64,000 bases of DNA, from assembly GCA_964016885.1 (NCBI GenBank), contig OZ024743.1, positions 203,856,001-203,920,000 of the forward strand. The letters run 5' to 3'. The DNA is from Eledone cirrhosa (taxonomy: Eukaryota). Both the position numbers and the translations under genes were made by a program. The notes beneath the pieces are model-generated. The model saw nothing but the letters and a program-made list of their open reading frames with translations, made no database searches and was not told the DNA's origin. Positions 36,651 through 50,348 of the stretch are shown here, piece after piece (the stretch's first letter is position 1; every line of letters begins with the position of its first letter).

Positions 36651-39322
36651 AGATGTACATAGACTCATAATTAGCGACCTCATAGGCAAGACGAGACGTA
36701 CTCGACAACAGAAGAGGACTATCCTCAGGAGAAAAATATGGAAGTTAAAGGATCCCACAGCCAGTAATAAATTTAAAAGCATATTACTTGATGCTTTTGA
36801 TAGTAAGGAAGAGCAATTAGAGTCGTACAATATCGAGGAACAGTGGGAATTCGTGAAAGCTAACCTCCTGAAGGCGACAGATGAAACCTGTGGCTGGAGC
36901 AGACCTATAGGCAGGAGGAGAGTAGTGGTGGTGGAACAGTAAGGTGGAGGGGTCAATCAAGGCCAAAAAGCAGGCTTGGAAAGCATGGCGGGATGGGGCA
37001 AGTAGAGAAGAATATCAAGCTGCCAGGATGGAAGCTAGGAGACAAGTGTACTTCGCAAGAAGGGAAGCAGAGTAAAGAAAGTTCAAGCATGTTCTACAAC
37101 GCGAGGACCAAGAACGTGAGGTGTTTAGGATTGCTAGGCAATGTGTCAAGGAAAACCGTGATATTGTCGGGAAGAAGTGTGTACTTAACGATGATGGCGT
37201 ACTTGCCATCACTGACGCTGATAAGAAGGTAGCTTGGAAATGTCACTACGAAAGGCTACTAAATGAGGAGAATAATTGGGAGAAAGACATTTTCACCCAC
37301 ATCGATCCAATAGAGGGACCAGCAGTGCAAGTTGAAGGTAGTATAATGAGTAAGGCGATCAAAAACATGAAGACGGGCAAGGCGGCTGGGCCTTCGAAAA
37401 TAGTTGCTGAAATGCTAAAAGCATCTGGAACGGTGGGACACACTATGGTCACCCGGATAGTAAATCAAGTCATACAGCCGCATCATCATTAACTACTATA
37501 AGGGTAAAGGAGATGCCCTAGATAGGGGAAACTATAGAGGCATTAAATTAATTGACACGGTCATGAAGGTCACAGAAAAAGTAATAGCACAACTAATCAG
37601 AGAGCGAATTGATCTAGACCCAGACGAAATGCAGTTCGGTTTGTGTCAGTACAACAGACGCTCTTTTCATTGTACGACAACTACAGTAGAAGTACCTAGC
37701 TAAATGTAAACCCCTATACTTAGCTTTTGTTGACTTGGAGAAAGCCTTTGACAGAGTACCCCGCTCGATTATCTGGTGGGCCTTTAGAAAACTAGGTGTT
37801 GATGAATGGCTTGTTAGAGCTATACAAACCATGTATAAAGAAAGTCAGCAAGGTTAGAATTAACAACGAATATAGTGAAGAGTTTAGCGTAAAAGTTGGT
37901 GTCAATCAGGACTCCGTTCTTAGCCCCCTACTATTTATTATTGCCCTTCAGGCTATAACAGAGGAGTTCAAGACCGGCTGCCCATGGGAACTTCTATACG
38001 CAGATGATCTAACGCTCATAGCCGAATCAATGGCTGAATTAGAGAAGAAATTCCAAACATGGAAGCATATCCTAGAATCAAAAGACCTTAAAATTAACCT
38101 GTCTAAGACTAAAGTTCTAGTTTGTAGGAAGGAAAATAGGGCACTGGTCCCATCTGGGAAATGGCCATGCTCAGTGTGTAGGAAAGGAGTAGGCAGAAAC
38201 TCCATTTTATGTCCCAAATGCAAAGTATGAGTGCATAAAATATGTAGTGGGATCGCAGGTAAGCTAACTAAGAATATAGATTTTATATGTGGCCGGTGCT
38301 CTGGTGCAATAAGTAGCAGCAAGTGCCCAGAAAATACTAGCTCATTCCATTGCAAAGATGGTTCTATAGAGATAGTGGACACCTTCCGTTACCTGGGTGA
38401 CAAAATCAGCAGTGCTGGAGGGTGCTCTGAAATTACAGTAGCTAGAGTCAGAACGGGATGGAAAACGTTCAGAGATCTTATACCATTATTGGCCGCTAAA
38501 GGGTTCTCTCTAAAAATGAAAGGCAGGCTGTATGATGCCTGCATACGAACAGCAATGTTACATGGCAGTGAGACTTGGGCATTGTTCGCAGAGGATATAC
38601 GCAGACTGGAGAGGAACGAAGCTTGCATGCTCCGTTGGATGTGTAATAGTAATATACGTGAACGGCAAAGCATAAATAAACTAAGGGAGAAATTAGGACT
38701 AAGAGGAATCAGATGTTGTTTACTCGAGAGAAGAATACGTTGGTATGGTCATGTGATGCACATGAAAGACGACAGCTGTATAAAAATGTGCAGGGTGATA
38801 AAAATAGACGGTAGCCACGGAGTAGGCAGACCCAGAAAAACCTGGGACGACTTGATAAATTCCTACCTCACACATTTACACCTCTCCAAGACAATGTCAC
38901 TGGACGCTACACAGTAATACAGAAGACCCGCCTTGCCTAAGTACAAAGCGAAACCTACAGTCAGTAGGCACCTCTAACAAAAATACACCCCCGTCCCACC
39001 ACCCCCACCCCATCCACACCACCCCTTCCGATGTAAAGTTATGTTGGTACCACAACATCCAGTCCGAAATAAATGAGGTCGTGTAGGTGTCACGAAAAGT
39101 AAAAACACACAGTCCACGCTGTAATGTGGCCCTGTAGGTAACACGGTAAAAATCTCCCAGTCCACACTGTAAACGTGGTTGGTGTTAGGAAGGGCATCTA
39201 TCCGTATAAAACCCGCCAGACAATCCTATACGAGCAAGACAACCAATCTTGCCTCAAGTGGGAAAACTCCCGTCCAAACCCATGCAAGCGTGGAAGATGG
39301 ACGTTAAACGATGATGATGATG

Positions 39323-39323
<1 letters not shown>
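36651..39323 (+). mobile_element. 5'-truncated, mutated RTE LINE copy
   Basis: Collinear with the 25236-28211 ORF; stops and frameshifts; (GAT)n tail. Confidence 0.93.
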
Positions 39324-39414
<91 letters not shown>

Positions 39415-39432
39415 GTATATATCATCATCATA

Positions 39433-40456
39433 CGAGGGGGGATCAAAAAGTTCGCGGAATTTTATCGGAGCAAGAAAAAGATCAGGTTAAAACAATATTA
39501 AACATGTCAGAACATGACCAGGAACATCATAATATGACCAAAACGTTGAGGCTGCTCAGACTTTAATTGAAGAAGATCGAAGAATAACAGTTAATCAGTT
39601 AGCTAAGTACCTAGACATTTCATATGGTTCGGCAAATTCAATTCTGCACGATAATTTGGGACTAAGCAAGCTTTCAGCGCGATGGGTCCCAAAAGCGTTG
39701 TGCCCTGATCAGCTGATTCTTCGAAGTGATCTGTCTTTGGCGATATTAAACAAAATTGAAGTTGATGAAGAGTATTTTCTGACCAGAATCATGACCGGAG
39801 ATGAAACCTGGATCTACCAGTATGATCCTGAATCCAAACAGCAGTCAAAACAGTGGCTTCCACGTGGATCATGGGGGCCAATCAAGTTCAAATTTCAAAA
39901 GTCGGATCAAAAAGTGATGGCCACCATTTTCTGGGATTCAGATGGGGTGATACAAATAGATTATCTTGAAGGTCAAAGAACTGTGACAGGAGCTTACTAT
40001 GCAAATGTTTTAAGGAAGCTTAAAGAGGCATTAGTCAAGGAACGAAAAGGGAAACTTCATGGTGGGATCTTGTTTCACCATGACAATGCACCAGCACATT
40101 CTGCGCGGGTTGCAAAAGAAGTTCTTTGGGAAGAATTTCGATGGGAAGTGCTTCCTCACCCGCCTTATAGTCCAGATTTAGCCCCATCAGACTTTTTCCT
40201 CTTTCCAAACCTCAAAGAAATGCTTAAAGGAACCCGTTTTAGTGGTGTTGAAGAAGCTAAAAACGCTGGCAACACATGGCTTCGAACAAGGCCTTCAACT
40301 TTCTTTAGAGACGGCTTACGGAGCTGGAAGCATCTCCTTGTGAAGTGTATTGACCTGGATGGCAACTATGTAGAAAAATAAATTGAAGGTAAATCATATC
40401 TTTTGAAAAGTAGGTTATTTTCTGAAAAATTCAGCGAACTTTTTAATCCCCACTCG
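39433..40456 (+). mobile_element. Mariner transposon (CGAGGG-type TIRs), internally deleted
   Basis: TA-CGAGGGGGATCAAAAAGTTCGCGGAATTT ... AAATTCAGCGAACTTTTTAATCCCCACTCG-TA. Confidence 0.92.
39656..40381 (+). pseudogene. Mariner transposase catalytic (DD34D-type) domain lacking the N-terminal HTH
   Basis: WVP, TGDETW, HHDNAPAH, YSPDLAPSDF motifs. Confidence 0.88.
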
Positions 40457-40500
40457 TATATATACATATATATATATATAGATTTGTATATATATATATG

Positions 40501-40541
<41 letters not shown>

Positions 40542-41071
40542 GTATTTATGTATATATGTATATATATATATGTATATATATATATTTATATATATATATA
40601 TGTATATATATATATGCTTGTTAATTTATTAACCTGCCATAGAACCACATTGGCATATGGTTGGATAATACATGTGTCCCTATATGTATTTTGCATGTAG
40701 GGATACATAATTTATTATTATTAATCTCCCCTGGTCGAGATAAAATTTTGGTCGTTTTAACTGCTGCTATTTCTGGTGGTAGTAGATTGACCTTTCCGCC
40801 TCTGCCTTCTATCTTTGCACACGGCACTGGACAGAATTGCTTCTTTATCATACACTCTCATCACGGGAACAATTTTGAATAGCGCAAGTTCGTGATTTGA
40901 ACTCGGGAAGTTTATATTCACTGAGGGAAAAGAACCCTCTGACGAGAGTCTTCCTTTTCAATCTATTTTCCGCATTGACTATCCATTTATTTTGAGACTT
41001 GAAACCGTACAGCAGGTACAGTGAATTTTTTAAAATTTATTTTAAAACTTTTTCTTTTTTGCTAAACCTTG

Positions 41072-41691
<620 letters not shown>

Positions 41692-41696
41692 CTATA

Positions 41697-42143
41697 ACGG
41701 CTTCTCCATGCTTTCCATTTGGAAACTATGTTTATTCCCTTTCAGATACTAATTAGTTGGAGTGAAATTTTAGTAAGTTAATTTTTATAATTTTCTTATT
41801 TTACGTCTTTCATATATATATATATACATATGAACATTAATCAGTATACACTGAGGATGAAAAATCAGAGCTGTATGGGAGCATCCCAAAAGTCAGCTCA
41901 AAAGTGACACAGAGGAGACTGAGGTTAGCTGGACATGTTCACCGAAATCCAGAGTTGACATTGCACCCAGTGCTCCTTTGAGAGCCCCTAGATGGACACA
42001 CTAGAAGAGGAAGAAAAAGGTTAACGTATGTTGATGACCTAAGGACAGACACTGGTCTGTTGGAGACGCAGGACATGGCAGCGATAATGAGGGACAGAGA
42101 CCGCTGGAGAGAACTCGTCCATGGATCTCGGGAATTTTACCCG

Positions 42144-42221
<78 letters not shown>

Positions 42222-42333
42222 CTTAAAATAAGAAAATTATAAAAATTAACTTTCTTACTAAATTTCACTCCAACTAATTAGTTTCTGAAAGGGAATAAAC
42301 ATGGTTTCCAAATGGAAAGCATGGAGAAGCCGT
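41697..42333. repeat. ~115-bp inverted arms (41697-41813 / 42214-42333) around an RTE-family-2 fragment
   Basis: ACGGCTTCTCCATGCTTTCCATTTGGAAAC... and its reverse complement. Confidence 0.8.
41831..42147 (+). mobile_element. RTE-like family 2 3' fragment
   Basis: [29 protein letters not shown]; ends TTTTACCCGCCT+(TA)n like the 35163 and 44952 copies. Confidence 0.85.
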
Positions 42334-42713
42334 TTCGTCATCAGGAAGTCTGTTCTCAGCTAAGTTACCAGGCGATGCGTGGACAGATGGAACTTATACG
42401 AAAATAATTCAGTGGATGGAAAAAAGCAAGCGTGGACTAAATTCCAAGACATTAGAAAAAATCACTGCCTACTTGGTAGGTGGCAAATTCAAAAGAATCA
42501 ATCACGTGATATCGAGGTTAATCAGTGAGGAGTGGGGTGTTAGAAAGACAGCAGCCAAGCCATTACTATGAACTATAGTAGCAGTTTTGGCAAATTTTTG
42601 CTCAACAAAATAATTTGGAGATAATTATAAAGAAAGTTACTAATTACTAAGACAAAAGCTATATATTTGCACATGCGGTAGGGGCCAGTATAAAATTAAC
42701 CCTTAAGGAACAT

Positions 42714-44012
42714 ATGTTCAAATTTAATGGAAAAACATATGCCCAAGAGGAAGGAGCAGCCATTGGTGTTAGCATTTCAGGCGACATAGCTAACTTATTC
42801 ATGGTATGGTGGGACAGTAGACTTAAACTTAAACTTAAAGAACAATTAGAAGACAGCTTAACCCTGATAATGTACTCCTGCTACGTAGATGATATAAACA
42901 TCGTAGTTAAGACACCCCCACTAGAGAACAGTCAGGAACTAGAGAAAAACACAATGGAAAGCATCCAGCAAATAGCAAACTCCATCCACCAGAGCATTAG
43001 AGTTACTATAGACTACCCAAGTAGACACCCCAACCATCGATTACCTGTACTAGACACAGAGCTCTGGTTAGATACCATTAACAACCAAAAACAAATCCTC
43101 CATTCCCATTATGCCAAACCCATGACTTCCAAACATCTGATCCACCGAAACTCGGCCATTTCGGACCATACCAAAATCAACATACTGATTGCGGATTTGG
43201 TACGGGTGATGAGAAATGTGTCCCGCATGTGCAACCCCGAAGAACTAGAGAGACACATACAACACTTCATCCACCGTATGCAGTTCTCTGGCTACAATCA
43301 GAGAGATAGAATCAGAGTGTATAGAGGAGCCAGAACCAAATGGGAAAAAATGGTAAATAATGACATAAATGGGACCTGCCCCTTGTATAGGAGCAAATTT
43401 TGGAATAGAATAGAAAGAACTAGGAACAAGGCCAATAGAATAAACTCATGGTATGATAGCAATAAATACGAGAGTGTAATGTTCATCGATACAACCCCTA
43501 GAGGCGGACTAGCCTACAAATTTAGAAGGGCCCTAAATAAACATAAACTCAATATTAAGATAGTAGAAAGACCAGGTACCTCCGTAAAAACACTTATTAG
43601 CAAGACATACCCGTTCCAAAGACCCTCATGTATAGATAAGAAATGTATAACCTGTAAAATAAGCCCCCATATTAACTGTAAAACTAAAAATGTAGTGTAT
43701 AGCATAAGATGTACTGAAGGACAATGTAGAAACAAAAATATAGTGTACATAGGTGAGACAGCTCGTATTATAGGGGAACGGATAAATGAACACTGGCGAG
43801 ACCTTCAAGATAATAAAGAATCATCTGTACTCTACCAACATGCTAAGATAGAACACAAGGGTAAATTAGAGAACATAGAAATAAAAATAGAATCTACACA
43901 CAGAAAAGATGCAATGTTTAGACAAATTACAGAGGCAATAAACATAAAAGAATTACAACCAAAATTAAATAGAAAATATGAGTGGAACAGCAACATCACA
44001 ACTTACAATTAA
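42714..44012 (+). CDS. Penelope RT C-terminal half + GIY-YIG endonuclease (open 432 aa, 5'-truncated)
   Basis: QEEGAAIGVSISGDIANLFM, YVDD, LPVLD, C-x4-C-x2-C linker, VYSIRC..YIGET..ERINEH..EAINI..LNRK. Confidence 0.9.
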   Translation: MFKFNGKTYAQEEGAAIGVSISGDIANLFMVWWDSRLKLKLKEQLEDSLTLIMYSCYVDDINIVVKTPPLENSQELEKNTMESIQQIANSIHQSIRVTIDYPSRHPNHRLPVLDTELWLDTINNQKQILHSHYAKPMTSKHLIHRNSAISDHTKINILIADLVRVMRNVSRMCNPEELERHIQHFIHRMQFSGYNQRDRIRVYRGARTKWEKMVNNDINGTCPLYRSKFWNRIERTRNKANRINSWYDSNKYESVMFIDTTPRGGLAYKFRRALNKHKLNIKIVERPGTSVKTLISKTYPFQRPSCIDKKCITCKISPHINCKTKNVVYSIRCTEGQCRNKNIVYIGETARIIGERINEHWRDLQDNKESSVLYQHAKIEHKGKLENIEIKIESTHRKDAMFRQITEAINIKELQPKLNRKYEWNSNITTYN

Positions 44013-44216
44013 GGACAAAATGAAAACACACACACACATAGAACAAACAACCAACCAACAACATGTAAATAAATAAACAAATAGATAAATGAACACAAAC
44101 ACACACAGATACCCGGATGTGGCGCATGCGCAAACTGAGCACACAACACACACACAGAAACAAAATGGCGTAGGACAGAAGAAAGGAAAGGCACAGAAAC
44201 AAAGAAAGGAATCCCC

Positions 44217-44261
44217 AGTCACTGAAGAGGTCACAGAGTGTGTGACGAAAGGACTATGACT
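44217..44261 (+). ncRNA. Minimal type I hammerhead in Penelope pseudo-LTR
   Basis: AGTCA-CTGAAGA-G-GTCACA GAGTG TGTGAC-GAAA-GGACTA/TGACT. Confidence 0.75.
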
Positions 44262-44479
44262 ATATATAAACAACTATCTGGTTGTGGAACCAACCAACCA
44301 ACCAGAAATTTATAAATTTGCAGATTTGTAAATTTATAAATTTATAAATATATAATAAATTGAAGTGAAAGCAACTGGTGCGTGTGTTTCTTATTGGCAA
44401 CATGACCCTCCCAAAGTATAACAATATCGGTTTCAACACACGATTTCAGATAAAGAATCTTGCTAAACAAATTCAGAAA

Positions 44480-44533
<54 letters not shown>

Positions 44534-44587
44534 CGGCGATGAATTAGTTTAGCGAGGTTTTTTATATGAAATCGTGTGTCGAAACAA

Positions 44588-44850
44588 ATATTGTTATACT
44601 TGGGGAGGGTCATATTTGTGTAGTATTGCCAGAATTAATAACAGAACACACTCACTGTTTGGTTGGTTTTCGCTTCTCGCTGTCTTTTATATCTGACCGT
44701 CGGTCAGTCAATGGCAACATCGAGGACCGAGTAAGTTAGATCGCAGATATAAAAGACAGCGAGAAGCGAAAACCAACCAAACAGTGAGTGTGTTCTGTTA
44801 TTAATTCTGACAATATTACACAAATATGACCCTCCCCAAGTATAACAATA
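44588..44850. repeat. Fold-back of a Penelope pLTR terminus (arms ~44588-44696 / 44744-44850)
   Basis: Inverted copies of TATTGTTATACTTGGGGAGGGTCATATTTG...TTTTATATCTG. Confidence 0.85.
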
Positions 44851-44853
44851 TAT

Positions 44854-44933
<80 letters not shown>

Positions 44934-44951
44934 CTATCTATCTATCTATCT

Positions 44952-45200
44952 AAGGCGGGTAAAATTCCCGAGGTCCATGGACGAGTTCTCTCCAGCGGTC
45001 TCTGTCCCTCATTATCGCTGCCATGTCCCAACAGACCAGTGTCTGTCCTTAGGGCATCAACATACGTTAACCTTGGTCTTCCTATTCTAGTGTGTCCATG
45101 TAGGGGCTCCCAAAAGAGCACTGAGTGCAATGTCATCTCTGGATGTCGGTGAGCATGTCCAGCTAACCTCAGTCTCCTCTGTGTCACTTTTGGAGGAAAT
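44952..45200 (-). mobile_element. RTE-like family 2 3' fragment
   Basis: [26 protein letters not shown]. Confidence 0.85.
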
Positions 45201-45280
45201 GTGGTAAGGAAATGTGGTAAGGAACCAGGTGGACCATAACGCACCAAAGTACTCAATACTTAGGATAGTAGAGTGGATAA

Positions 45281-45404
45281 TAGGAACGAGTAGGACCCCG
45301 ACGGCTGAGCTCAAGCCGTTTGGACGGCTAATTCTGGACTTATGGCGTCCAGAATTAGCCGTCGAAACGGCTTGAGCTCAGCCGTCGGGGTCCTACTCGT
45401 TCCT
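45281..45404. repeat. GC-rich near-perfect hairpin (58-bp arms); half copies at 29805-29860 and ~30718-30750
   Basis: TAGGAACGAGTAGGACCCCGACGGCTGAGCTCAAGCCGTTT...CCTACTCGTTCCTA. Confidence 0.85.
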
Positions 45405-45414
45405 ATATATATAA

Positions 45415-45465
<51 letters not shown>

Positions 45466-45495
45466 CATATGTATATATATATATATATATGTATA

Positions 45496-45569
<74 letters not shown>

Positions 45570-45575
45570 TGTATA

Positions 45576-45638
<63 letters not shown>

Positions 45639-45860
45639 TTATATATATATATATATATATATGAATGTAGGTATGTATGTATACGTACATACATATATGT
45701 ATACAGACGTACAGTAGCATGCATATATATATAGGTGACGTGGTTGCCTTAACACCGTACGGCATAAATTCAGGCTGTTCAGTTTGTTTACAAACGAACA
45801 AAGCGGGCGTTATAATAAGCGTCCGCTAAACTGATACGTACATATATGTATGTGTACCTG

Positions 45861-45904
<44 letters not shown>

Positions 45905-46125
45905 TGCTACGTATACATACATACTTACATTTAAGTAAGTGCCGTACTAAGAGTGAGAAATGAAATTTCGTTTTCATTTTATTACAACTTATATATGTAT
46001 AAGTATATATATACGTATATATATATATGTATATATATATGTATATATATATATATATATGTGTTTGTATATATATATATATATGTATATATATGTATAT
46101 ATATATATATATATGTATATATATG

Positions 46126-46176
<51 letters not shown>

Positions 46177-46195
46177 GTATATATATATATGTGTG

Positions 46196-46227
<32 letters not shown>

Positions 46228-46235
46228 CATGTATA

Positions 46236-46271
<36 letters not shown>

Positions 46272-46291
46272 TAAATGTATATATATAAATA

Positions 46292-46340
<49 letters not shown>

Positions 46341-46463
46341 GTATTAATAAGAGGAATTCCAACTTTGTCTGATTTACTCGTTTTATTTACAATCCTTTTA
46401 AATATATATAAAATGGTATTATAATGAAATAGTATGATAGAATATTAAATTCTAAGTGTTAAT

Positions 46464-46502
46464 TGAACAAGTACTTTCATGCTTTCGCAATCTTCAGGTT
46501 CA
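46464..46502 (-). ncRNA. Type I hammerhead (mirror copy)
   Basis: Reverse complement of 46576-46614. Confidence 0.7.
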
Positions 46503-46575
46503 TGATATGTGGTGACAGTCGAGTTTGCAATTTTCAACTGTTGAAAATTGCAAACTCGACTGTCACCACATATCA

Positions 46576-46614
46576 TGAACCTGAAGATTGCGAAAGCATG
46601 AAAGTACTTGTTCA
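46576..46614 (+). ncRNA. Minimal type I hammerhead
   Basis: TGAAC-CTGAAGA-TTGC GAAA GCAT-GAAAG-TA-CTT/GTTCA; GNRA loop II, AAGTACTT palindromic stem III. Confidence 0.72.
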
Positions 46615-46850
46615 ATTAACACTTAGAATTTAATATTCTATCATACTATTTCATTATAATACCATTTTATATATATTTTAAAGGATTGTAAATAAAACGA
46701 GTAAATCAGACAAAGTTGGAATTCCTCTTATTAATATAATCTTCTATACACAATCATACACACCCGTGTATATTTACCTATCTATATCTATATATATATA
46801 TGTGTATATATATATATATATATGTGTATATATATATATATATATGTGTA

Positions 46851-46900
<50 letters not shown>

Positions 46901-46934
46901 CATATATATATATATGTATATATATATATATGTA

Positions 46935-46983
<49 letters not shown>

Positions 46984-47008
46984 GTATATATATATATGTA
47001 TAAATATA

Positions 47009-47094
<86 letters not shown>

Positions 47095-47179
47095 TATGTA
47101 TATGTATATATGTATATGTATATATATATATGTATGTATATATATGTATATATATATTATATCAAAATTAGACATTTGA

Positions 47180-47386
47180 ATATGTTCCTAAAATATTGAC
47201 ATAACTGTGTCCAGAATTCCAATGTTCCTTAAATATTGACATAACAGTGTCCAGAATTCCAATGTTCCTTAAATATTGACATAACAGTGTCCAGAATTCC
47301 AATGTTCCTTAAATATTGACATAACAGTGTCCAGAACTCCAATGTTCTTAAAATGTTGACATAATGGTGTCCAGATCTCCAATATT
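47180..47386 (+). repeat. 40-bp minisatellite, ~5 copies
   Basis: AATGTTCCTTAAATATTGACATAACAGTGTCCAGAATTCC head-to-tail. Confidence 0.95.
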
Positions 47387-48914
47387 TAGGTTAAGTACAT
47401 ATCTAATATAATATAAGCTAGGGTTCACCACAAATGTATTTCCAGTTAGTACAAACTATACCTAACAATTATGTTTCATAGAACAAATAACAATTCATTA
47501 TCACTGCATGTATTGCTCTTGGCAAATTTCAATATTTGAATGTGCATGTTCCCTCCACCGAATACTCTGGATTTAAAACTTTATAAGAATTTATTTCCAT
47601 TTATTTCCATATGTCGTTTTTTCTTCCGACACTCTAACACTCATCAGTGATCTATCTTGTGACAATCCACTTTTCAGCCAGGGCAATAACAGGTATTCTG
47701 ATTCTAGTCAATTGCCAGTTCTTGATTGATATTTATTCAACCTTCCCTCACCCGCAAAGGATAAAAGACTAAGTCCAAGCTGGTAAGTTTTACCTTAAAA
47801 CATAGAGACAGCTAAACAAGTGCAGCAGGCCCTTTTGTATGAAGCTGTAACAAATATTATTATTTGAGGTTAACTTTGCCTTTCATCCTTCCGGCGTCGA
47901 TAAAATAAAGTGGAATTATCGCTCCCAATTCCCATTGCTTTCCCTAGATCCTGGCTACCTGGCACTAATATGAGTGATTAATATATATATTTTTTAAAAT
48001 GAAATTATCGATACAGGTAGGATCTTTTGATTGCCTTATTGATCTAGAAAATGTGCTTCTTCATAAGTATAATGACATGAAAAAATACAAGATTTTAGAA
48101 ATTAAATTATAATTAATTTAATTATGACAAATATGTTTACCCGGTTTTTACCACAAACAAATTATTTTCCTGAAACATGACAATAATCTATGTTGTACAT
48201 ATAAATTTGAAACAGTCCCCCTCCACATTAAGTGCTTTAAAAAACTGCTTCATTAGTGCTAGTTTAATATGAAGGAGAGGGAAGATGATTTTCTCTTGCC
48301 CACCGAGTTGTTGGTGTATGATAGATATTCTTCTCTCCAGCAGTCAAACTTTATTTCTAACTGACCAGTGCTTCTGTTCCCAAAGTTTATCTTTCACTCG
48401 GCTATCCCATAAACACTGGAAACACGGATATTTTGTATACCCTCCTTGTTGAGCAACTAAAAAGTTGACCAGTTTCAGATTCACACACGTCTTATTTGAG
48501 TAAATCTAATACAGTTTTTTATGTTTTCATGCTTCTCTTTTAAGTGCACAGAGCAACCAATAGGAATTGCACCTAACAGTTTTCCGTTATGGAATAATAC
48601 ACATTTTAGACTCTTATTTTAACTATCTATAAAGAGTCTCAATTCATGAGGATCATACTGTAGAGCACACATTGCTTTTAACAGTCCCATCACATTACAA
48701 CGTGATAGAAAAACGTATTGTTATTTTTAAACTTAAGGGCCCCAAATTACTCAAGAACAGGTCAAACTTAGGTCAGCAGAAAAAAAAGCAAAATTTTGTT
48801 GGTCAGTGTTATTTGGCAAGTGTGAAAACCTACCAACACTTCTTTCTCTAGAAAAAAGATATAGTAAATTTATAGAAGCCACCCCACTCGCTATCAGTGA
48901 GGAAAACATTTCTC

Positions 48915-49495
48915 GGTTTTTTCATGTGCTATCAACTAATCTAACCTCCAAGATTCTGGCAATCGACATTTCGAAGAATGGAAGGAGTTGGGTATCACCC
49001 CCACCACGGAGTTTTCCCTACGACTTGTTTTTTTTTTGTTATCAACGAGTAGGACCTCCAAACCAATCGGAAACGAGATATGTAGAAAAAGTAAGGTGAA
49101 AGGGTGCGAAAAGACCATTGCAGTTGCGCAGATCTACGCACCTCTCACGTTTGGTGGAAAATAATTTTCTTTGTTTTATTTTGTTTTTTCTAGACCTCTT
49201 CGATGCTTAGAATCGGCTTTTTTTCCCCAGATAACAGAAACCATAAACCTAACTCTAAACGTAACTCTAACCATAAAACGATGTATATATCTGCGAAACT
49301 CCGATGGTCTTTTCACTCCCCCTTTTTCTACATATCTAGTCGTTTCCAACTGGTTTGGGGATCATGTGTGTTGATAACACGCGCCAAAAAAATTCCGTAA
49401 AGAAAACTGCTATCCCACCCTCCCCTTCTCCAAGAAAAAAAAAGTTGATTGCCAGAATCTTGGAGGTGAGATTAGTTGATAGCACACGAAAAAAA
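48915..49495. repeat. Element with ~55-bp inverted repeats (MITE-like)
   Basis: TTTTCATGTGCTATCAACTAATCTAACCTCCAAGATTCTGGCAATCGAC vs GTTGATTGCCAGAATCTTGGAGGTGAGATTAGTTGATAGCACACGAAAA. Confidence 0.6.
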
Positions 49496-49624
49496 AAGCG
49501 AGAAAACATTTTTTTTCCACTAAAATCGAGTGGGATGTTCTATAATAATACCAAAAATATACTAACGTCTGAGATATTTGGTCACGTAAAAACTGCATCC
49601 TTTAACACTTTAAAAGTGCTTGTG

Positions 49625-49667
<43 letters not shown>

Positions 49668-50006
49668 CACGCTGGTATCATTTTTTGTTTTGTTTCTCTC
49701 CCCCTATCTCCCTCACTCTCTTTCTTCCGTTCTCTTACCGTCTCATCGCTTCCTTCTCTTTCGTTCCCTCTCTGTCATCCCTTTTTCTTTTTCTCTCTCT
49801 CTTTCCCTCTCTTTCTCTCTCTCTCTCTCTCTCATTCCTCGCCTCTTTCCTTTTTCTCTCTCTCTCATCCCCTCTCGCTCTTTCTTTCTCCCCCAACCCT
49901 TCTTTCTCTCTCTCCAGAATGGAGAACAAAAACAAAATGGATATCTTTCGATTCGGACGCTGGTTTGCACACACGCACACAAAAGATTTGAACTTCCATA
50001 ATCCTT

Positions 50007-50348
50007 TTGAGAAATGTGGACCCGCTACATCTATGCAAGGGCACAGACTTTACAGCCAGGAGGATGAGGAACCACCTCCTAGAGGTCACTATTCTTGGAA
50101 GCAAACATCAAAGAGAAAATTCATTTATTCCCAAGATTCCTCATATCCATTCATCTACCGAGCTGCCATTCAAATTCTCAAGACTTCAGTTCACTGTTTA
50201 AAGCCAGTTTTGCTATGACGGTACATAAAGCTCAGACTCAGAGTTTCAAAGTTGTAGAATTGAATAAAAGAGAATCGCTTTTTACGCATAGACAGTTGTA
50301 TGTAGGTTGTTCACGAGTTACCCGGGTGTAGCAGGCTACGTCGGCTAG
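50007..50348 (+). mobile_element. Helitron 3' end with PIF1-type helicase remnant
   Basis: RNVDPLHLCKGT, FIPKIP..LPFKFSRLQF, FAMTVHKAQTQS..FTHRQLYVGCSRV; terminal hairpin GTAGC-AG-GCTAC then CTAG|T. Confidence 0.8.

Larger units (their letters stand above)
42667..44481 (+). mobile_element. 5'-truncated Penelope-like element (same family as 14135-17803)
   Basis: Collinear with 16005-17803, including pseudo-LTR and HHR. Confidence 0.92.
46343..46778. repeat. Perfect ~196-bp-arm palindrome with a hammerhead on each strand plus an unpaired ~40-bp tail
   Basis: Centre GCAATTTTCAAC-T-GTTGAAAATTGC; (TA)n on both sides. Confidence 0.9.

Noticed and set aside
40935-41030. CTGACGA...GAAAC hammerhead-like motif
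   Set aside because: Stem II pairs but no stem I partner follows a NUH site; at best a decayed copy
42325-42348. CTGATGA-CGAAAC on the minus strand (also weak cores at 29572-29617 and 8985-9040)
   Set aside because: Stem II missing or core mutated; not counted as ribozymes
47180-47386. Regular 40-bp repeats resembling a CRISPR array
   Set aside because: Head-to-tail with no unique spacers, no cas genes, eukaryotic context
47676-47709. Possible second Helitron 3' end (CCAGGGCAA...CTAGT)
   Set aside because: Hairpin too degenerate and no helicase remnant to support it
49235-49280. AACCCT-like telomeric repeats
   Set aside because: Only a few degenerate hexamers inside a dispersed repeat; not a TTAGGG array
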